Source: Azolla caroliniana (lineage: Eukaryota; Plantae; Polypodiophyta). Taken from it: a stretch of 64,000 nt of DNA. The position numbers and the translations under genes were made by a program. The DNA lies in NCBI GenBank assembly GCA_043228905.1, contig JBHGNT010000008.1, positions 8,804,001-8,868,000 of the forward strand. Direction: 5' to 3'. Below the pieces are notes generated by a model, which saw only the letters and a program-made list of their open reading frames with translations, had not been told where the DNA came from and did no database searches. Of the stretch, positions 60,401-64,000 are shown in pieces (the first letter of the stretch is position 1; every line of letters starts with the position of its first letter).

Positions 60401-63400
60401 TTCGCGTCGGTTGCTACATTGATCTTATGCTGATAGAACTTGGGATCTAACCCCTTCATGTCCTCGTGAGCTCAAGAAAACACATCCTTATATTCCGTGA
60501 GTAGTGCGATCATCGTGTTTCGCTGGTCCGGCCTTAATTCCTTTGCGATGGAGAGGAAACGAGGCTCCGATTCCGTACCCATATTTACTTCTTCGAGGGC
60601 GGAAGCGGTGACTCGTCGTGAAATCTCCATTTCCCTTCCGAATGCCGCTCGTGCTCTACTGAGTTCCAATATGGACTCTGGGTTTGGTTCGTAAGGCTCA
60701 TCGTGGAGAACAGTGGTCGTGGCATATTCTGTCGCGGTTGCGATGACGTCTATTTCAAACAGCGGAATAATCCGAGGGTGCTCGTCGAGGTATGCCTCTA
60801 ATTCTGCATCCTCCACCCCAGCCAGCATATTTATATCTTCTGCGTATAATGGTGTTATACCCTTCGATTGTGGCGCGCTTCCTTCCGTACGTACGCGAAC
60901 CTTGGTGCGTCCGTGCCGAAAACTAATACACTTGTGTTGCCAGCCCCTGGGGCGTCCAAGGCGAGGACGACCGCCAAGATGTTGAATCGGTGTCCACCCA
61001 CGATAATGCCGATTTTGCGAATTAACCCTAATGGTCATACTGAGCGGGTATCTGTCATTCGGAGCCAGAATGGGCTAGCCTCCCATTCTGAAATGCCTAA
61101 CTGCTCGCAAGTTTTCGCGCTAATTACATTGACGCCTGAGCCGCCGTCGATTACGCATCCAGGAATTTCTTGTCCGTGTAATATTAATGTAATAGCCGGC
61201 TTGTGCTGATCCACTACCGGCGGTCCACTGCTAACGTCTGTAAGGTTTGTAGCAATACTCACCTCGGGTATGCCTGTCACCCGTTCTTCCATGGTCTGGC
61301 GAAAGCGTGGGACTAGCTGCAACAGTTTCTCCATGGTTAACGTTATCTCACAGCCCGCTAATGCCTGCCAAATGGGGTCTGGGACCGGTCTTTCATCCTC
61401 TGCTCGCTCCATTGTGTTCGTGGACTCCTTCCGCATACGTTCCGTATTTGTCGGCGTACCTCGTCTTGCGCAGCCCAATCAGCCGTTTTTGTTTGCTGGC
61501 GTGTCGTGACTTGCTGCACTTCCACCGTAATCGTATTGACAGTAGGCCCCTTTCCCTTGCGTGTTGGGCATTGCGTGGCATAATGTCCGGGTTGCTAACA
61601 AATAAAACAATGGATGCTTGATTCACCCTTCTCGGCTCCTGGTGGTGTGTGCCGCTCCCCTGGTGCTACTTGCTCCTCACGGTCCGGCCTCGTTTGTCGG
61701 AACGTACGCGGTGGTTGCTGTTGGTCCCGTCGTTGTTCCTAGTGCCGCTCATCCCCCGAGCTTTCGTCGTAACGCCGGTGATCTCGATATTGCCGTGGCT
61801 TACCACGATAACCATTGAAACCGCCCCGTTTGTTTGTCGGTCGTTGATTCTTGTAGCGCCGACCCCCTTTGGCGTAACTCGGATGTCCATGATAATCCTC
61901 GTCCTCTGATTCGTCCTCCTCGGAATCATTGTGATTTAGGCGATTCCGATGGTACCGGTCCTCCCGTGGGTTGCGATTCTTATACCGGGGTCGGTCTTCG
62001 TGCCTCCTTTGTTCAGTCCGGTGTGGTTGACGTTGTGTGTCCATGCTGCGGACTGCGGGAGTGGCTCTGTTTAACATATTGTATTCGCATTGGTCGACTG
62101 TGTGAGCCTTCGAGTGGCAGATTGGGCAGTGGATTCGCATATTGCAGTCCACTGCGGAATGCCCCGAGTTCAAGCAAATCGTGCACCAGATTTCTTGATG
62201 AAACTAGCGTTCCTCATCCTGAGGTAATGCTTGTCGTAAGGAGGACATAGAAAACCTTTCCTCCTCGTCATCCAACTCGAGTTGTAACGCTCGTTCAATT
62301 ACCATATCCGTCGTTTCCCCTTTCACGCTATTGTTGTTGAGCGTTGCCCGGATGGGCCGGCGTAAAGCTGCCAGATATGTTTCCCAAGCCTCGTCTTCCG
62401 CAAGGCTCCGTTCCAGTTTCCGTCGTAAATTTTGGAAACGTAAGCTGAAGTCCGCTATCATCTCGGTCGGCAGTTGCTTAATCGTATAAAACTGTCCGAG
62501 GATTTCGCGTTGTAGAACCCTCCGATGGAAGAATCGCAAGAAGGCGGACTGCAGCTGATCGAAGGTTGTTATTGCTGGTAAATCCATCTGTGAATGCCAA
62601 AACGCCGCTCGCCCATCTAATTTTAACCCGAACTCCATCATTTCGATTGGTGTGCCACCGCCTCTGAAAGGCTCTACGCCATGTGGTTCGCATTCCAGAC
62701 ATTCAGGAACATGCGAATATGCGTTGCGGCGTCGGTTTCGCCGTTAAAGCGAGGGTAGGCAAAGGCCATGGTGGGGGCTACGGCGGGTCGGGAAAGACCA
62801 CCGGGTGGTTGTGGTGAGCGTAGTCCCTGCGTCTCGTTGAGGTGTTTGGAGAGCGAAGAATCACCTTTGTACTCACGGCAGGTAGTACTGAGGTTGCTGA
62901 GGCGCGGCTTTTGCCGTGCGCGTTCTTCTGTCTGGCGTGTGACGGACCTTATGATTGGCCAGTCTTGTCGTGTTGGTTCTCTGGGGGGTCTGTGGCTAAA
63001 CATCCATTCGTCGTTGTTCGTCAATGAGAAGACACAGATCACCAAGCGTGCCAAAAGTGTTGCTGATTAGGAACACGGTCCTCGGTCAGTCCTTCGACCT
63101 AGACCTCCAAGTGGGTGTGGAACAACGAATAGGCGTCTAAGCGTAATGCGTAGGGGAATGTTCCCCGTAACCTATCAGCGTATAAGGGAGACGGCTACAA
63201 CTGAATCCTTTGCAAAGGTTACACTTACATTCTTACAAGCTTAGATCTTCAAGACACACACAGTGGATTAGCCGTAGCTATACACAGAGAATTAGAGAAG
63301 ATAGAATTCTACTATGAGACGTTTCTTACATTCCCAAAATTACACGCTCCCGCTATCAGAGGTTTTCTACCCTTTATATACGCAGGGTCTATTTGGTCGT

Positions 63401-63708
63401 TCACGCTTCCTGCGTGAACCATTACATGCGTTATGATCTTATATTATTTCTTATTCCTACGCTCTTGTCCGTCGGTTACTATTCCAGCGGACAACAATTC
63501 TTGTGTGGCGGAAGAGATGTGTGTTATGTGTATGTGTGAGAGGAATTAGAGGAGAGAAGAGAGAACACAAGATAGATAAGTTAGAGAAATGAAATACTCA
63601 AGAAGAAGAAGATGTATATTCACAAGTAGTATAGCAAATACAAATTGTAGCATTACAAGGAGTCACAACCGACTTAATATGAAGTATGAGGAGGGTGCTT
63701 TATATAGA

Positions 63709-64000
63709 GCAAGGTTGTTAGGTACGTTAGGTATGGTACAGATACCATACGTATATAACGTATTAATACGCGTATAGTACCTTCCAATTTAAAAATACGT
63801 TAAATACGTTTTCTTAATATGTTAAATACTTATAAAATATGTATTTTACGTATTTTACGTATAGTACGTTAAATACTTCTAGAATTTGAAAATTATTTAC
63901 CTTTCTAAACAATATCTATATATTGTAAAAATCTTGTCTTCCATGAAAAGTATGTCCCTACTCCAGATCACTTTCTTTTCGGCTAGGCTCCACAGCCGAT
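63709..64000. mobile_element. Possible DNA transposon (hAT/MITE-like) end interrupting the family B LTR
   Basis: LTR homology stops abruptly at 63708; CAAGGTTGTT start followed by AT-rich DNA with many TACG(T) short repeats. The other end is not in the window. Confidence 0.4.

Larger units (their letters stand above)
53829..63496 (-). mobile_element. Ty3/gypsy non-chromovirus (Athila/Tat-superclade-like), decayed, with extra 3' ORF
   Basis: LTRs 53829-54252 and 63058-63496; TSD ATTCT. Gag with two CCHC knuckles (62100-62200), PR VIDGGSG, RT LDGFSGYNQ/FLDD, RH VDAS, INT KWGLDF. PBS TGGCACGCTTGGTG at 63040-63053. Confidence 0.93.
27063..63708 (-). mobile_element. Ty1/copia element (family B), outermost host of the nest, decayed
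   Basis: 3' LTR 27063-27524 with PPT TTGAGGGGGCG. RNase H 27600-28066 continues at 46440; RT/INT 46440-49100; gag 52985-53640. PBS TGGTATTAGAGC at 53794-53805; 5' LTR 53806-53828 + 63502-63708. Confidence 0.88.

Overview
Eukaryotic plant genomic DNA. The retroelement lineages suggest a non-seed plant such as a fern or lycophyte, but that is inference. It holds the 3' seven exons of one host gene, a group-IV-A (CNGC19/20-like) cyclic nucleotide-gated channel (+, 4666-8479). Almost everything else is a nest of LTR retrotransposons, most resolvable by LTR pairs and target-site duplications (TSDs): three Ty1/copia families, an intact Tcn1-like chromovirus (31502-37267), an intact fungal-like tRNA-Trp-primed gypsy element (38621-45700), a decayed non-chromovirus gypsy element (53829-63496) with a large extra coiled-coil ORF, a young non-autonomous relative carrying only that ORF (12952-16721), solo LTRs and a LINE fragment. 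Top observation: the extra-ORF family has no polypurine tract. Instead, an inverted tRNA-Arg-type primer-binding sequence sits 2 nt from the U3 end in three copies with dissimilar LTRs. Two of these copies lie exactly 23 bp inside the U5 end of copia LTRs. Also notable: a 10-unit heat-shock element plus a self-priming signature in the chromovirus LTR, two -1 frameshift/pseudoknot cassettes, and an AAN pore motif in the CNGC. All comparisons were made by eye; family and tRNA assignments are from recall, not database searches.
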